Shown piece after piece: positions 13,375-26,309 of a DNA stretch of 64,000 nt. Positions within the stretch are counted from its first letter, which is position 1, and every line of letters starts with the position of its first letter. Source of the DNA: Tricharina praecox (taxonomy: Eukaryota); assembly GCF_024521635.1 (NCBI RefSeq), contig NW_026250406.1, positions 1,488,001-1,552,000 on the forward strand. Direction: 5' to 3'. The position numbers and the translations under genes are program-made. The notes beneath the pieces are model-generated. The model was not told the origin of the DNA and made no database searches. It saw nothing but the letters and a program-made list of their open reading frames with translations.

Positions 13375-13941
13375 GCGTGTCGTCTTACAAATAGTAGCAC
13401 AAACAGCCTCAAGCCCATCCGTTTGCATTGAGGTTGTAGGACTTCTCTTCCATTCTCGCGTCCTACATGCAACCGATTGCACCTCAACGGTCATTTCTCC
13501 ATGCCACCTACCACTTCTCTACTTCTTACCCCGCATATACGACATGTTGCGCCGGGCGACGAGCACGAAATGGTGTCATGTACTTCCGTCTCATTAATTA
13601 AAGAGGAACATACGAGGAGACAAAACAACTTATTGCGACGTGATTAGTGGTGATCAAATGGAAGACCTTGACCGGAAGGAGTAGCTCGTTCAATATCACC
13701 GGCCGAGTTGGATTATCCCGGACACAAATGATGCTTTCTATAGTTTGCGTATATTTCTATGCTCGTAGGTACGGTGTACCCAACTCATGATAGTTTGACA
13801 GGGAAAAAATCAAAAGGCTGCCTAGAATAACTGGAATCGTATATTGAATACATGACAAAGCCACCGGACAAAGGTAAAAGAAACCATCGATCTCTCATCC
13901 CTCCCCGCACAGCCTAACCGCGGGGGTGCCTTTCCAACGTT

Positions 13942-15460
13942 TTATATATGGGGAACCGACTGCGCCCAGTTGGGAAGATCATACGACCCAGCAGGCAGAC
14001 TCCTAATGCTCAAGAATGCCTCGACCGCAAGATACAGCATGGACAATGAGTAGACAAAACCGAAGTGCCACGTAGCATCGACCGCGAGAACCCATCTCCA
14101 ACCAGGGCTTTTGCTCACGTCCGCATCGACTGGCGCACGTCCATTCCTGATGGCAGCGTTGTTGCCTACCATCCATGCCGCGGTATACCTCGCTGTGCGT
14201 ATGTTTCGCACGGCAGCCCCAGGCGTCATCTTCGCTTCGCCGGCAAAGCGCAGTTTCCATGCCGCGTGGACGACAGCTTCGGTGAAGCTATCCTCTAGCG
14301 ATACCAGCCACGTGAGCACGGGGCACACGATGAGTCCGAAGCACGAGAGCTTCCAGAGGAGTGCCTCTGTGATCGTGGCAAAGTGGGAGTTCCATACTAG
14401 CAAGTGGAGGCTCCCGTTGAGTGCGCTCAGACTCATGCCGTAGAGCTCCGATCGGTGGCCCCGGTTGTAGATGAAGTTATTGAAGACACGATGGGACACC
14501 CGGTATAACATGTTGACGTAGTTGGACTTGGCACTTTCAATGATCAATGGCATGTTGCGGGAATACTGATCGGTGGGCGGATAAGCGTGGGATGAAATCA
14601 GTCGACCGATTGGGAGAGTCAAGGAGCTTGGGTGATCTCCAGGAACTATCGGGGTAATGTCATTGTCATCTTCAGTGCCCAGGAACACTTCAGACAATGT
14701 CAGTACTGAAGGGGAATCATTGGCCGTGGCCGGCATTCTACTGGCTTCTCCGGACCTCGCTGCTCCAGGATTCGCAGCCAGCTTCACGGTAGCAGTACTC
14801 AGCAGAGAGACATCCTCGATCCTCTCCTAATATGTTGTATCAGAGCCATTTGCCCCTTCGTCGGTCTGCGCGAGTGTTCTATCGGATCCAGGCGTCTCTT
14901 CAGTGACCACTTCATTTCCCGGAACAACGTCAAACAGTGTTTGCCAAAGCGTGTCGTCCATCGGAATCGGAATCGGCTGCGCAACATCCATGGGTTTATA
15001 CCCCCAACAGGCGTACATCGCGCCGGCATAGAAGATATGTATAACCACATGGATTTCCGCCAGGGTGACGGGTAGGTGATGATACCACCTCGCGGCGCAT
15101 TGTATCAGCATCCACAGTGCATGAAAGCTGACGATCGTTTTCGACACGCTGTCGGCCTTCCCCTTATCCTCGATTTGCTTCTCGTTGAATGGGTTCGTCA
15201 AGAACCTTGCCACCAGGTCGTCCAAGTTTTCTCCTTTCGCTTCTGCGCCAACTCGTTATCCTCCGATATGGCATTCGGCTCTAATCCCATTTCCTTTCTG
15301 ACCCAAATCGCAAGGTGCGCCCATATTTTTCCGGGAATTGCAGATATTCGTCCGAGAATCGAGAGCTGCGGTAATTCCGCCTGGATTTCTTCTGCCGTCC
15401 AGCGCCCAACGCTATCAAGCAGCCGCTCGAAGTCCTTCTGTGTTTAGCACTCGATGTACG
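13942..15460 (-). pseudogene. Fungal multi-pass membrane protein of an uncharacterised family; 5' truncated, frameshifted, with an in-frame TAG
   Basis: Family motifs IEDKGKADSVSK..LW..Q..AR..LP.TL.E..W.YKP.D, HLLVWNSHF..E.LLWK, LAVEAFLSIRSLP..Y..W..PHI. In-frame TAG at 14827-14829 and a frameshift near 15230. Confidence 0.8.
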
Positions 15461-15661
15461 CCACACTATATAGTTTAATATCCCGATCATATAATAAGTA
15501 TCAGATCTTCCTTCCAGAAGTAACGATACAGTGATATAGAGCCACTACGGTCACCTATTTCCAGTCACTGGAGATGTTCTGCTACGTAAGAAACGAACGA
15601 GAAGTACGACGAAAAACCACAATGTAATGCGCAAGTAGGTAGTTTTTTTATTTTTGCCCCA

Positions 15662-16213
15662 TCACTCCCGCTCCCCTTTTAGCCATTTCATTCCCCATAC
15701 TTTTCTTCCCCCGAGCATATAAAAAACGATAACCGTGAGTGCCGTCGTACCGTCCGGAAACTTAGACTTTTCACCGGCGCGTCCAAGCTGCTCGTTGCCG
15801 CACTCGAAGCGAATCTTCGAGGCCGCCCAGTGGATCCACTTGCAGCTCATGTCGAGCAGGTGGCGGCCGCAGATCCCGACCTGACCGCCCTTGTACTTGC
15901 CTAGCGTCGAACACTTGGACCCCCCAGCGTTCTTCTGCTGGCACGTGGCCCTTGCCACATTGGAGACCCTTGCAATCGCTTGGCCGATCTCGAAAAACGT
16001 CGGGGAGGCGAGCGTCGTCTCGCAGGTGAGCTTGCCGTTCTCGGGAACCTCGAGGTTCTCGATGCCGTCGATCTCCTCGAAGCTGGTCAGCATCGGCAAA
16101 AGCGAGGCGGTCTCAGAGTAGGACTCGAGCTCGGCGAGCGAGGTGGTGGCAGAGTCGGTCTCGCCGTGACCTCTGACTGGTTCTCCGTTGACGAGCCCGA
16201 CAGTTGCGATCAT
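15662..16213 (-). CDS. Secreted Cys-rich protein, paralog of 4701-5264; 5' end probably damaged
   Basis: CETTLASP..CQQKN..SKCSTL..GGQVGICG..SCKWIHWA..FEC aligns with the 4701-5264 domain. The signal peptide is short and abuts the hAT relic. Confidence 0.7.
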   Translation of the reverse strand: MIATVGLVNGEPVRGHGETDSATTSLAELESYSETASLLPMLTSFEEIDGIENLEVPENGKLTCETTLASPTFFEIGQAIARVSNVARATCQQKNAGGSKCSTLGKYKGGQVGICGRHLLDMSCKWIHWAASKIRFECGNEQLGRAGEKSKFPDGTTALTVIVFYMLGGRKVWGMKWLKGERE

Positions 16214-16239
16214 TGCAATGGGCTTGAAAATGTTGGAGG

Positions 16240-18095
16240 GCTCTTACCAATCCGAAGAAGAGGTCAAAAACCTCCTGGATTTGGACATTCGGAAAGCCGG
16301 TGATTGCCCAGGGGGATAACGAGTATTGGGCATGTGATTTGTGTGCGAACAGAACCGCTCCTAAGCAGTGTCTGGTCTCGTCTGGGACTCGGGGTCTGCT
16401 GCTCATCTCAACGTCAAGCACCAAGTTGAGGAGGGAATGTCATCAAAGAAGCAACTCTTGGTTACCAACCAGACATAGATACAGGAGTCACATAAAGCCT
16501 TGATGGTACGTACCTAGTAAGCTCACTTGGTGGTAGGAGAACGTGTTAACGTTTTCCCAGGTTCAAATGATCGCAGACTAGAACCTTTCCTTTGCGTTTG
16601 CATGCTCTCCCATGCTTCACGCCTATGCCACATCGCTTTGCTCGGAGGTTGCGCAATGCCTCCCGACCTCCTCATCCACTCTTCCAGGATGGACGATGGA
16701 AGTATATGAGGCCCAAAAGAAGGACACCAAGAAGATTCCCCGAACCGCTCTCGGCAAGATACACATCACACTCGATACCTGGAGCGCTTGGGTTCGTTCG
16801 CAGAACATCTGTGCGCAATGGGGTTTGACTTTGATTCGATTTAACAACGCCTCCGGTGTTCAGGCCACTTTATCAATCTCGCTATGATGTCGTTTTTATT
16901 CGGCTACTCATGGGAAGCAGTGCATGACCGCGGTTACCAAGCTGGTACTGATGAGGAAGTGGGAACTGGCGAAAGCGAGAACCACTGGGACGTGCCCATA
17001 ATAGCTCCATACATATCCGTGACAGCCCTGAACGGATCCGGGAATTTAAGAGCATCAGTGGAGGAAGTCTTATTCGCCGAGATTACGATGCCCGTTGGAA
17101 TTCATGGCTCCAGATGAGAGATTCAATGCTTTTTCGAAGTATGCGCACCGCCATCATTGCATATACCGCGAACCATATGGATGCTCTTGCAGACTATCGC
17201 CTCACCATAGCAGACTGGAATTCGTTAGAAAAGATGGCCGAATTTTTGCGGCCGTTTGAAGAGGCGACTCTCCTCACGGAAGCGCGGAAGAAGTCAGTTG
17301 CCGAGGTTCTGCCAGTCATTGACTATCTTCTGCAGGCATTAAAAACTGAAATTCAAGCTGCCGAACGGTCCGGAGATGTGGCTATGATTGGGAGGCTGAT
17401 AATTGGGTGGGAATTTTTGGAGAGATGCTACTTCCTTAGCGGCAGATCTCCTGCCTTTGTCGCCGCCGTCTTACTGCATCCCCGCCACAAGTGGGCGTAT
17501 TTCAACGGCAAATGGAGGGCACACTGGATCAATACTGCGAAAGGTTCGGTGCAAAAGCTGTGGGTTGCAAAGTACAAGAACAAACATGTAGCGGCACAAA
17601 ACCTACAGGGCGAACATTTGCTACACAACGAGGACGCCGCAGGATTTGAGCGCTGACTTAAAGGAAACAGGCAGGACGCTGCGCCAGTCGACGAGCTCGA
17701 AGACTATTGTTCACTGCCCTTGGAAAGGAATGTTCGAAACAGTCTTGCGGCAATTGTATGGTGGCTGGAAGGGCCGCAGCAACTTCGTTCTCCGAACCTC
17801 AGCCGAATGACAGTAGACGTTCTGTCTATTCCAGCCACGTCTGCTGAGGTTGAGCGGCTGTTATCTAAGTGGAAAATGATTCTCACTGATGGTCGGCATT
17901 CGCTAGGTACGGAGAGTGTTGAAGCTTTGGCGAGCATCAAGAGCTTCAATCGGTGCCCTCCCATCATGGATAGGTAGCATCAGTCAGGGTAGGAATCCAA
18001 AATTAGTACTGTTCACATCTTCCATCGCCCTTTCCGTGACCATTCAAAACTAGTACTGTATCTATCTTTTATTGCTCTTTCGGTGACCATTCAAA
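16240..18095 (+). mobile_element. Degenerate hAT-superfamily DNA transposase
   Basis: Fragments WACDLC, LPTSSST..KIHITLDTWS, LTIADW..L..FL.PFEEAT, AAVLLHPRHK..F..W, DELEDY, WW..PNLSRMTVDVLSIPATSAEVERLLS (hAT dimerisation domain). Stops and frameshifts; short direct repeats at ~17995-18095. Confidence 0.9.
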
Positions 18096-18492
18096 AAAGG
18101 ATGCATACTGAACCCATTATTGGAGGGTGTGCATCTCCATATCCAAAAATCGTGCAAAGCAGTGGGAAGCTCGGAAATGCCATTATCGAGGATGTTGTTT
18201 TTACATCACTCGCTGCTGCTTAGTCGTGTGAACGGTTGGAAACCCGGAGATGTTGTTACGGATAAGGTTCTGCGGCGGGCGGTCGAGACTGAGTGTGGAC
18301 GCTCATATGATTGCGCGGCGGGCCGTTGATACCCAGGGCTGACGAGGGCGAGGAACCTTTGGTGATAACTCAGTCTGTACATAAAGCGAAAGCTCGCCGC
18401 CGACGAGATTGTTGCTGCATCGAATGCATCATATTTTCCCGTCTAACGAGATATTCCAATAAGTCGTGACTACGCGGCGCACCACTCCTTCC

Positions 18493-18959
18493 CATAGGTG
18501 TCAACCGTCCGTCCGGATTTCCACAGGACTGATCGATTCCGTTCGGAGGATGAAATTTCCGGATACCCGCCAGGTACCTATGTACCTGATAGCATTAGCG
18601 TGCTGTGCCGACTACTTGTTTGCGGAGTACCGCGGTAGATACCAACAGAATTTTCAGAGCCATCAAACGCTGAGGGGATAGACACTGCTAGAAGTAGGAA
18701 CGGGGATGGTGTGAAAGTTCTATACCGTGAGACACTCCAAAATGGAGCCGCACAGCCACATATCCGCACACCGGCGCCACTGTGTGGCGCCCCACCGCAA
18801 GCAGTGTACTAGTGTCCCTGTAAATTCACGGCGCTGTAGGGGATCCGTCCTCATTTTTCCAGCCCGGAAGATTGTAGCCCTTGGTCTCCGCAGCTCGACT
18901 AATTCCGTCCCGGGCCGGGCAACCTCAAAGTCGGACGGGACGGACGGTTGACAGCCCTG
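18493..18959. mobile_element. hAT-type MITE, copy 1
   Basis: Imperfect TIRs CATAGGTGTCAACCGTCCGTCC / GGACGGACGGTTGACAGCCCTG; 8-bp TSD ctccttcc / ccccttcc; homologous to 57547-58120. Confidence 0.85.
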
Positions 18960-19949
18960 CCCCTTCCTCGACACGCTGACAATCATGTGTCAGAAATCTG
19001 GGGACGTTGGGTTGCGCTCGTAGGTGCGACGATGCTAGGAGTGTGTACATATGTAACAAGTAATCACCAATATCAGTTAGGAGAGGTCTCGTAATACTAG
19101 GTACTACAGGTCGGAATGGTTTCAACTATGTAGGTATCACGACTTTAGGCCCGAACATGAAATATGGTTCGTCTTGAATTGGTCTTGTCTCTAGGAAGTA
19201 TGAGTGAATATTGTATAGAAAACGTCTAAAGCCCTAGTGAGAGGACATACACGATGTGTGGTAGGTGGCAAATGCTTCACGCCGGCGCCATGACCGAGTA
19301 ACCGACTACGCAACGAGTACACAAGATACGACTAAGGAAAGGATCGAATCACTAGATATTACAATATTGGCATCATTGAAAGATGTGGAGAGTGGCTATA
19401 CTACATCTGTTGTGAGGAATAATGTACTTGTAGAATGAACAGCTTGTAGCTTGTTGCGTTTGCAGGAAATGGGGGCGAGGACCGTTCGTGCAAACGACTG
19501 GTAACTGAGTGAGATATTATGACACGTGTGGCTCGTGACATGAGTCGGCGCGGATCGCGAATGACAATACTCACTCGGTAATCAAATTTCTGGTGAAGAA
19601 CAGCATCTTGTATTAGACTAAAGAACAAAAGGTCGAAAGGTGCATGGTCAATAACTACACCATGTGTTACCCACTGTACGCGTTCTGTCCACGGCGTGGT
19701 CACGGTGGTGTTCATAGAGGTGGATATCACGAATGTGTTGCATATAAAGACATTGGTCACAGCTAGGATATTTTACACTAGTACAAAAAGGGTATCGTTT
19801 AGCGTCATTTCAAGTTACAAAGAAAATATCATTTTCCAGCATCCACGTTGACTCCAGAGCTACTACTATGTCATTTACGATGTAAAGTAATCCACACTGG
19901 ACCCCTCTAACGTCCGTCTGTCTCCTGGTTGCCATTCGGCGAGTTCCTG

Positions 19950-22900
19950 CCTGCGTTCCTGGCAGCAGCCTCTATGCGGCAGAAGAGGCACAACCGTGTC
20001 AAAGCGGTTCGGTGGCGGTGACGGGGCCACCACAGCGGCAAATCTTCTGTTTCCTCTTGTCTTTTGACCCTACCAGGTTGATGACTGGAGCTGTTGGCAG
20101 CAGATGTTCTCCCTGGAAGGGGAGCTTCTGCTCTGCTTTCCGGGCATCTTCTTCAGATCCTTGTTAGTCTTGGAGGCAGACGAGGGCCGGAGCCTATGCT
20201 TCTGTTCTGTGAGTGGAGGAGTATAATAGAGATAAGAGTAGGGAGACAAGGTGACGAACCCCCCGTGAAACCTAGCATCACCTTGATAGGCTGCTGAACC
20301 AGTCTTTCCTCGACCTTGGCCGAGGTGCCCAGGGGCACGGAAGATTTCTTCCGGACTGTGAGTGAAATCTGTAGTGGGGTCGAGACTCGAGAATAAGGAG
20401 GAGAGTGAGACGAACCCCCCAGAAGGAGAGAGCCTTTGCTCCTCCTTCGGACTGCAGGCACCGACGACATATTGTCGTTGGTCCTGGTGCGGGGGACGGC
20501 AAGTCTTCCAATCTGTGGGTCAAGGCTGTTAGTGGAGATCAGAGTAGGGAGACTGGGTGACGAATCCCCCTTGAAACCGAGCTCCTTGCTTGGTCGTCTT
20601 GTCGAAGTGGTTCTGCTCGGCCTTGGCCAAGCACAATCATGACCGCCATCTTAGCGTTGAAGGTGCCCAGCGGCACGGAAGAAATGCTCGGACTATCGGG
20701 CCTCGATCAAGTATTGTGGCGGCAGACATTGTTATATCTTGATGTTGTCTTGAGAAATGCTCGGACTATCTAGGCGCCGGGCAACCGGAATGAGCCCGGT
20801 TGATCATCACTTAGATGAACAACCGCAGCCTATCCCGTGGAGTCCATCGACTAATCGGTGGACTCCTCATCGGCGGCCCCGATAATGTATCGGGGCCGCC
20901 GGAGTCCGCTGTTGGTTCTGGGTTTCTAACATTCCCAGTAATGGCAACCTCTTCCACATGCGCTCGCCGCAGCAGCATCTGCGAGGCACACCCGTGAAAA
21001 AGCAGTAGCGAACATTTATCCGGCGGAGCCGCGGGCCCCCAGTCTCGGAAATGAAACCGGTTCTGAAGGTGTATCGGAGATATATTCGCTGCGCCCCCAT
21101 CCCGCGATGCAGTGTTTTACGCGGGTATTCGACATATTCAGTCAGAATCTGGTCGAGCCACCGGTGTTCCTTCTCGACTGCGGGACCGCGGCGCTGGCGC
21201 AGCAGTCCATCGATCCATCGGTGGGCTTCTCATCGGTGGCCCCGAAATTTTATAACCATGGTGGTGGTAGTGGTGGTAGTCAACATTTGTGAATTCACTG
21301 GCACGGGAGGATGACATGAAACGAATGGTTTTAGAAAAAGTAGATATTCGATAGTGCCAGTGGTAGGAGTCCACCACTCCCTGAGGCCACGGTGAACTTC
21401 TCATCGGGGCCGCCGGAAACCGGATCGCGGTCCTGTTGATCATCAAATAGATGACCAAAAGTAACTCGTCAGGCGGAGCCCACCGATTCGTCAGTGAGCT
21501 TACCAACGGTGAGCCCCGATCAAGTATCGGGGTCTCGGACGACAGATTGTGTCTGTCGATCTTCAAAGGAGACCAACAGCAACACATCGGGTGTCAGCCT
21601 CAGCCCCAGCCGAAGATGAAGCGGCGGCACTCATGCACGCGTCATATAGTCGCGAGAAAAGCCATGAGTGTACGCGCTTCCACCTGCCAGGCACATTCGA
21701 TGTTCTTGTGAGAATCCTCTGTGAGGCACATCCGTGTCAAAGGAGTAGCGGATATTTATCCGCCGGGCCCGCCGGCCCTCAGCCTCGGACATAAAAATTT
21801 GTTCCGAAGGTGTATCAGAGATATTCTCGCTGCGTCGCTATCTTGTGATGCAATTTTGCAGTGTGGTCGGGTGTAATCCTCGTATGTCCACCGTTACGTT
21901 TAGGAAACGGTTCTCCTCCGCTGCGAACCTGCGACGCCGTCGCGGGAGTCCACCGCTCCCTAGGGCCACTGTGGACTCCTCATCGGTGGCCCCGACAAAC
22001 TATCGGGGCCACCGGAAACCCGATCGGGTCCTGTTGATCATCAAATAGATGACCAATAGTAACTCGTCAGGCGGAGCCCATCGATTCGTCGGTGAGCTTT
22101 CCAACAATGATCCGCGATCAAGTATCGGGGTCCCGGCCGGACGCCAGAATGTGTTCTGTTGATCTTCAAAGATGACCAACAGGAACACATCGGGTGTCAG
22201 CCTCAACACCTGCCGCAGATGAAGCGGCGGCCCCACGCGCAATATAGACGCGAGAGAAGCATGCACGCACATCGTTTTGTGTGTACGCGGTTGCACCCGT
22301 CAGGAACACCTGATGTTCTTGTGAGGAGCCTCTGTGAGGCACATCCGTGCCAAAGCAGTAGCGGACATTTATCCGCCGAAGCCGCGGGCCCCCAGCCTCG
22401 GAAATGAAACCTGTTCCGGAGGTGTGTCGGAGATATTCTCGCTGCGCCGCCATCCCGTGATGAAGTATTGCAGCGTGTTCGCAGGTAATCCTGGTATATA
22501 TCTACGATTTGGTCGAGGAAACGGTTCTCCTCCGCTGCGAACCTGCGACGTCGTCGTAGGAGTCCACCGCTCCCTCGGGCCACGATGGACTCCTCATCGG
22601 CGGCCCCAATACATTTTGGGGCCACTGGAAACCGCACTTGCCTCTGGGTCTCTAGCATTTCAAGTAACGGTAACCTCTTCCAACGGATCGAGTCCTGTTA
22701 ATCATCAAATTGATGACTAGCAGCGACAGCAGGAAAACTCGCACTTGCAGGTGACAATATGGTCCTTGGGAATGGTTGACATCTTTTCGAGGATTTGCAC
22801 GTGGCAGGGGGTAGTGGTGGGCGTACTAGAGGTCGTGGTAGGGGTTGACAGCATTGCGTCGATAATAGTTGCTGGTCACTAAATTGATGACTAACAGCGA

Positions 22901-24300
22901 CTCGTCCTGCGGAGCCCACCGATACATCGGTTAGCCCCGACAAAATATCGGGGCTCCCAGGACCCCGGATGGTGTTCTGTTGATCATTAGGTGAATGAAC
23001 AACAGCAACACACATCGGGTATCTCGGAATGAGTGACTGCCAGCCCCGGGGGGCGCGCACCAGATGTACGCGCGGAGAAGGATGCTGAAAAGGACATCTG
23101 GTTGGCGGCTCCAGCCCGAGATGGTGTGGTAGACGCGGGTGGCGAACGTGAAAATGATGTCGGCGGGTCTGCCCTGAAGTCGACAGCGCCGGCGGGTCTT
23201 TCCACCCCGTACCAGTGGCACTGGCTTTGTTGAGGTGGGACGAGAATGTGCAGCCGATGTGACGTATATTCGGTGGCAGTGCCCGGGGGCAGGTAGATGA
23301 TTTCGACAGATCGATGGTGCCAGGGCACTGCCACTATCTCCGCTATTCGACACCGGGGACGGAAATTGATGGTTCCAACATCCTTGATGCAGAGATCTGT
23401 CTCTTCTTGTCTTTCAACCGACGTGACCGTCGAAGCCAATGATGACCAGGAGCTAGGCCGAACGCTTCTTGAAGGCGGGCTCGATGACGTACGCCCACGA
23501 GGGAGAACTCGTGTTCTTCATTGATGGGAGCTTTTGCTCCGCCTCCGAGGCACGTTCTTCTACGCCCGGCAAATCTGGCATGGACAGTCAGGGGGTTGGA
23601 AGACTTTCTTCCAATCTGTGAGTCAAGGTTATTAGCGGGAGAAACGAGTAGGGAGAAGGGGTGACGAACCCCCCCGCAACCAAGCATGGCCTCAATTGTT
23701 TCCTCGATCCAGCTCTGCTCGGCGTTGGCCAAGTTGCCCAGGGGCCCGGAAGGTTTCTTCCGAACTGTGAGTGGCATATGTTGGTGTAGATGAGAGTGAG
23801 GAGGAGAGTGAGACGAACCCCCTTGAAGGGGAGCTATTGCTCCTCCTTCGGGCAGCAAGCACCATGGACATATTGCCGTTGGTGCTGCTACCGGGGATGG
23901 AATTCTTCAACTCTGTGAGTGGAGGTGGTTAGCGGAGAGAATTGTAGGGAGACAGGGCGACGAACCCCCTCAACTAAGCACTAGCTTGATCGCAACCTGT
24001 ACACCCCTCTCCCCTCCAATCTCCTCAAGGCCACCAGAAGAAGCGTTGAATTCTTCTAAACTATGATTCGATGATGTTAGTGGGGAAGACAGTAGGGGGA
24101 GAGTGTGACAAACCCCGAACAAGGGGAGCGTTTGCTCCACCTTCACCGCCACAGTTTTAGTGGCACGCTTCATATCGAAGCGTTCCTTCAGACACTGCTT
24201 GACACTGAGAGTAAAGACTGTTGGTGTGGATAATGGAAGCGAGAGATGGTGACAAACCACTGCAGTTATTGCTAGTTGGCAGCCATCATTTCGGGAATGC
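19950..24300 (-). repeat. Internally multiplied, degenerate multi-exon sequence with repeated near-identical introns
   Basis: Eight 53-60 nt minus-strand introns GTT(C/T)GTC..(C)TAAC/CCAAC..ACTCACAG-like. Block 20200-20640 resembles 23600-24000; ~600-bp tandem duplication 21400-22000 / 22000-22620; three copies of a GAGGCACA..GCAGTAGCG..CTCGGA block. No intact ORF. Confidence 0.75.
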
Positions 24301-24329
24301 CCTCAGCATATGAATGGATTAGGACAAAG

Positions 24330-25560
24330 TTCCAGTTGGCTAAGGAGAAAAGCAGAAAGAATGAAGCATGAGTAGGAGGAAGTAAGAAGATTGTTGTGAA
24401 GAGAGGTGAGTAAAGAAGAAAGGAGGAAAAGTAGGGAGGGAGGGGGGTTCTTATAGAAAATCATGGAGATTTGGCCGACATCGTGGGCAAGCGCGCACGC
24501 ACAATCGTGAATTTCCGCTAGCGGCAGCGAACGTTTTGACATAGTATTGTCCGCGTGATCCAATTCCGTTACATAGTATCGTCCGCGTGATCGCGAGCAA
24601 ACTTCAAAGTGGTGTCGAGTGAGACTGAGAGTTAGCGCAAGTGTGAGGCATGCGAGCAAAACAAACACGAACAAACACAAACAGCCAGGAGCAAACAAAC
24701 AGCCAGGAGCAAGAAAACAGCCAGGAGCAAACATGCGAATGTTCCAGCAAAGCTCGTCACTCCGTAGGCGCCGCTCAAAAGGTTGACGGTGTTGAAAGTT
24801 AGATCTACAGACCTGAGCAGACGAAACATTACATAGGGGCAAGACACAGGAGGGCATCACGCGCATAGGTAGCAAAACAGAAATACTGGCCTCGAGGTAG
24901 TTATCGGTAGACGTAACACACTAATTCACCCTTCCTACCTCTGCTCTCGTACCGTGACAGCCCGCGGTGCACACGCTGAGAATTATGCCAAAGCACGCAT
25001 ATGTAGAATCGTGCGTACGATGCCATATTCGGTTCCCCCGACTCGCACCGTTTGTCCGACAGGGTCAGAATTGTCGAACTTAAACGTGCGGAAGGCTCTA
25101 GAAGACTCACGATCCGGAAGGGTCTCGAAGACTCACGATCCGGAAGGGTCTCGAAGACTCACGATCCGAAAGGCTCCACCGGGTCGAAGGACCTGGGTAT
25201 CTCCTCCGTAAGAGTATTCTGCCTTGAACAAGACGAACGTGTATATACAGGGCCTCTCTGGCCCGACGAAATAGAGAATCAACCGAACATTATCTATCTA
25301 TCTATCCATCCCTGTCCCTATCATCCATATTCTTGACAAGAATAGTCTAAAGCCAAGAACGTTTCTTCAAAGTGCAGAGGCAACGGTCACGACCCTCGAC
25401 TCCCAACTCTGTATCTATAGACTACGTACGATATCGACTCCAGGAGCGCCAGGATGCATCCACACCAGACGTCTCCTTCCATGTTCCGTGAGCCCTATTC
25501 GGCGCCCTTTGCGGCGTAAGCTCGCTGGGTGCACGAATACCATATAATCGTACACATTTT
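24330..25560 (-). repeat. Dispersed repeat B (promoter-like block), copy 1
   Basis: Co-linear similarity with 40720-41600; contains 19-nt (AAACAGCCAGGAGC-core) and 26-nt (CGGAAGGGTCTCGAAGACTCACGATC) internal tandem repeats; TATA-like motif followed by a pyrimidine-rich tract on the minus strand. Confidence 0.8.
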
Positions 25561-26309
25561 TCCTCCATTGTCAGCGACGGGGGCCCCTTGCGTCGCATGC
25601 TACAGGCAACGCCAGCGATGATGCTTTACATTCTGTATTCGGTCGCAGGGGGTTGGGTTTTTCCTGCTGGCGATCACACGCTCGGCGTGGTATGGGCAAC
25701 TGCGTCGCATGTGCGATGGCTGGCTGAGAGATGTGAGCGCCCGTTTGATGGCTTTGTTTACGGTGGGGTCTTTGGGCGTGGTAGGTTTGGTGCATGTATC
25801 ATACACACCTTGCAGCGTGTTCGAACATTCCGTTCCGCTCGATTGGTAGGAGTGCGCGCAGGTCATGTGCCCGTCTCGCCTCCGGCAGCTAGACTTGATC
25901 GTACATATCACACCTCCGCTACTCCCGACGTACGTGGTAGTAGTAGAACCTGCAGTTGCTGGTAGCCAGAGCAAACACACTCCTGCGGCAGCGAAGAGAC
26001 TTCTGCTCGCCCGCTCAGTCGACAGCAAGGCTCGCACTCCACCAACACAACCGATCGTCTTTGCACACACGCAACAGACAGCGGCTCCCACCACCCTGCC
26101 CCCCCGTCCCCCTTCCCCCCAGCCCAACCCTCCCACCTCTCCCACCTTGTCCCCCCCACGCCTCTCACCAGCTCCCCCCCACCTTCTCCCCCATACCGTC
26201 TTCCCCCACCCCTGTCGAGCGCCGCCACGTGACAGCGACAGCCGTCCCTCCACCGATCCGCCCTTCACCCAGTTCATCAAGGCATTCGCACATCCCACCG
26301 CCTTTCACC

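Noticed and set aside
25956..26309. N-terminal extension of the 599-aa ORF
   Set aside because: Non-ATG start in a C-rich leader; the ATG at 26310 has good context.
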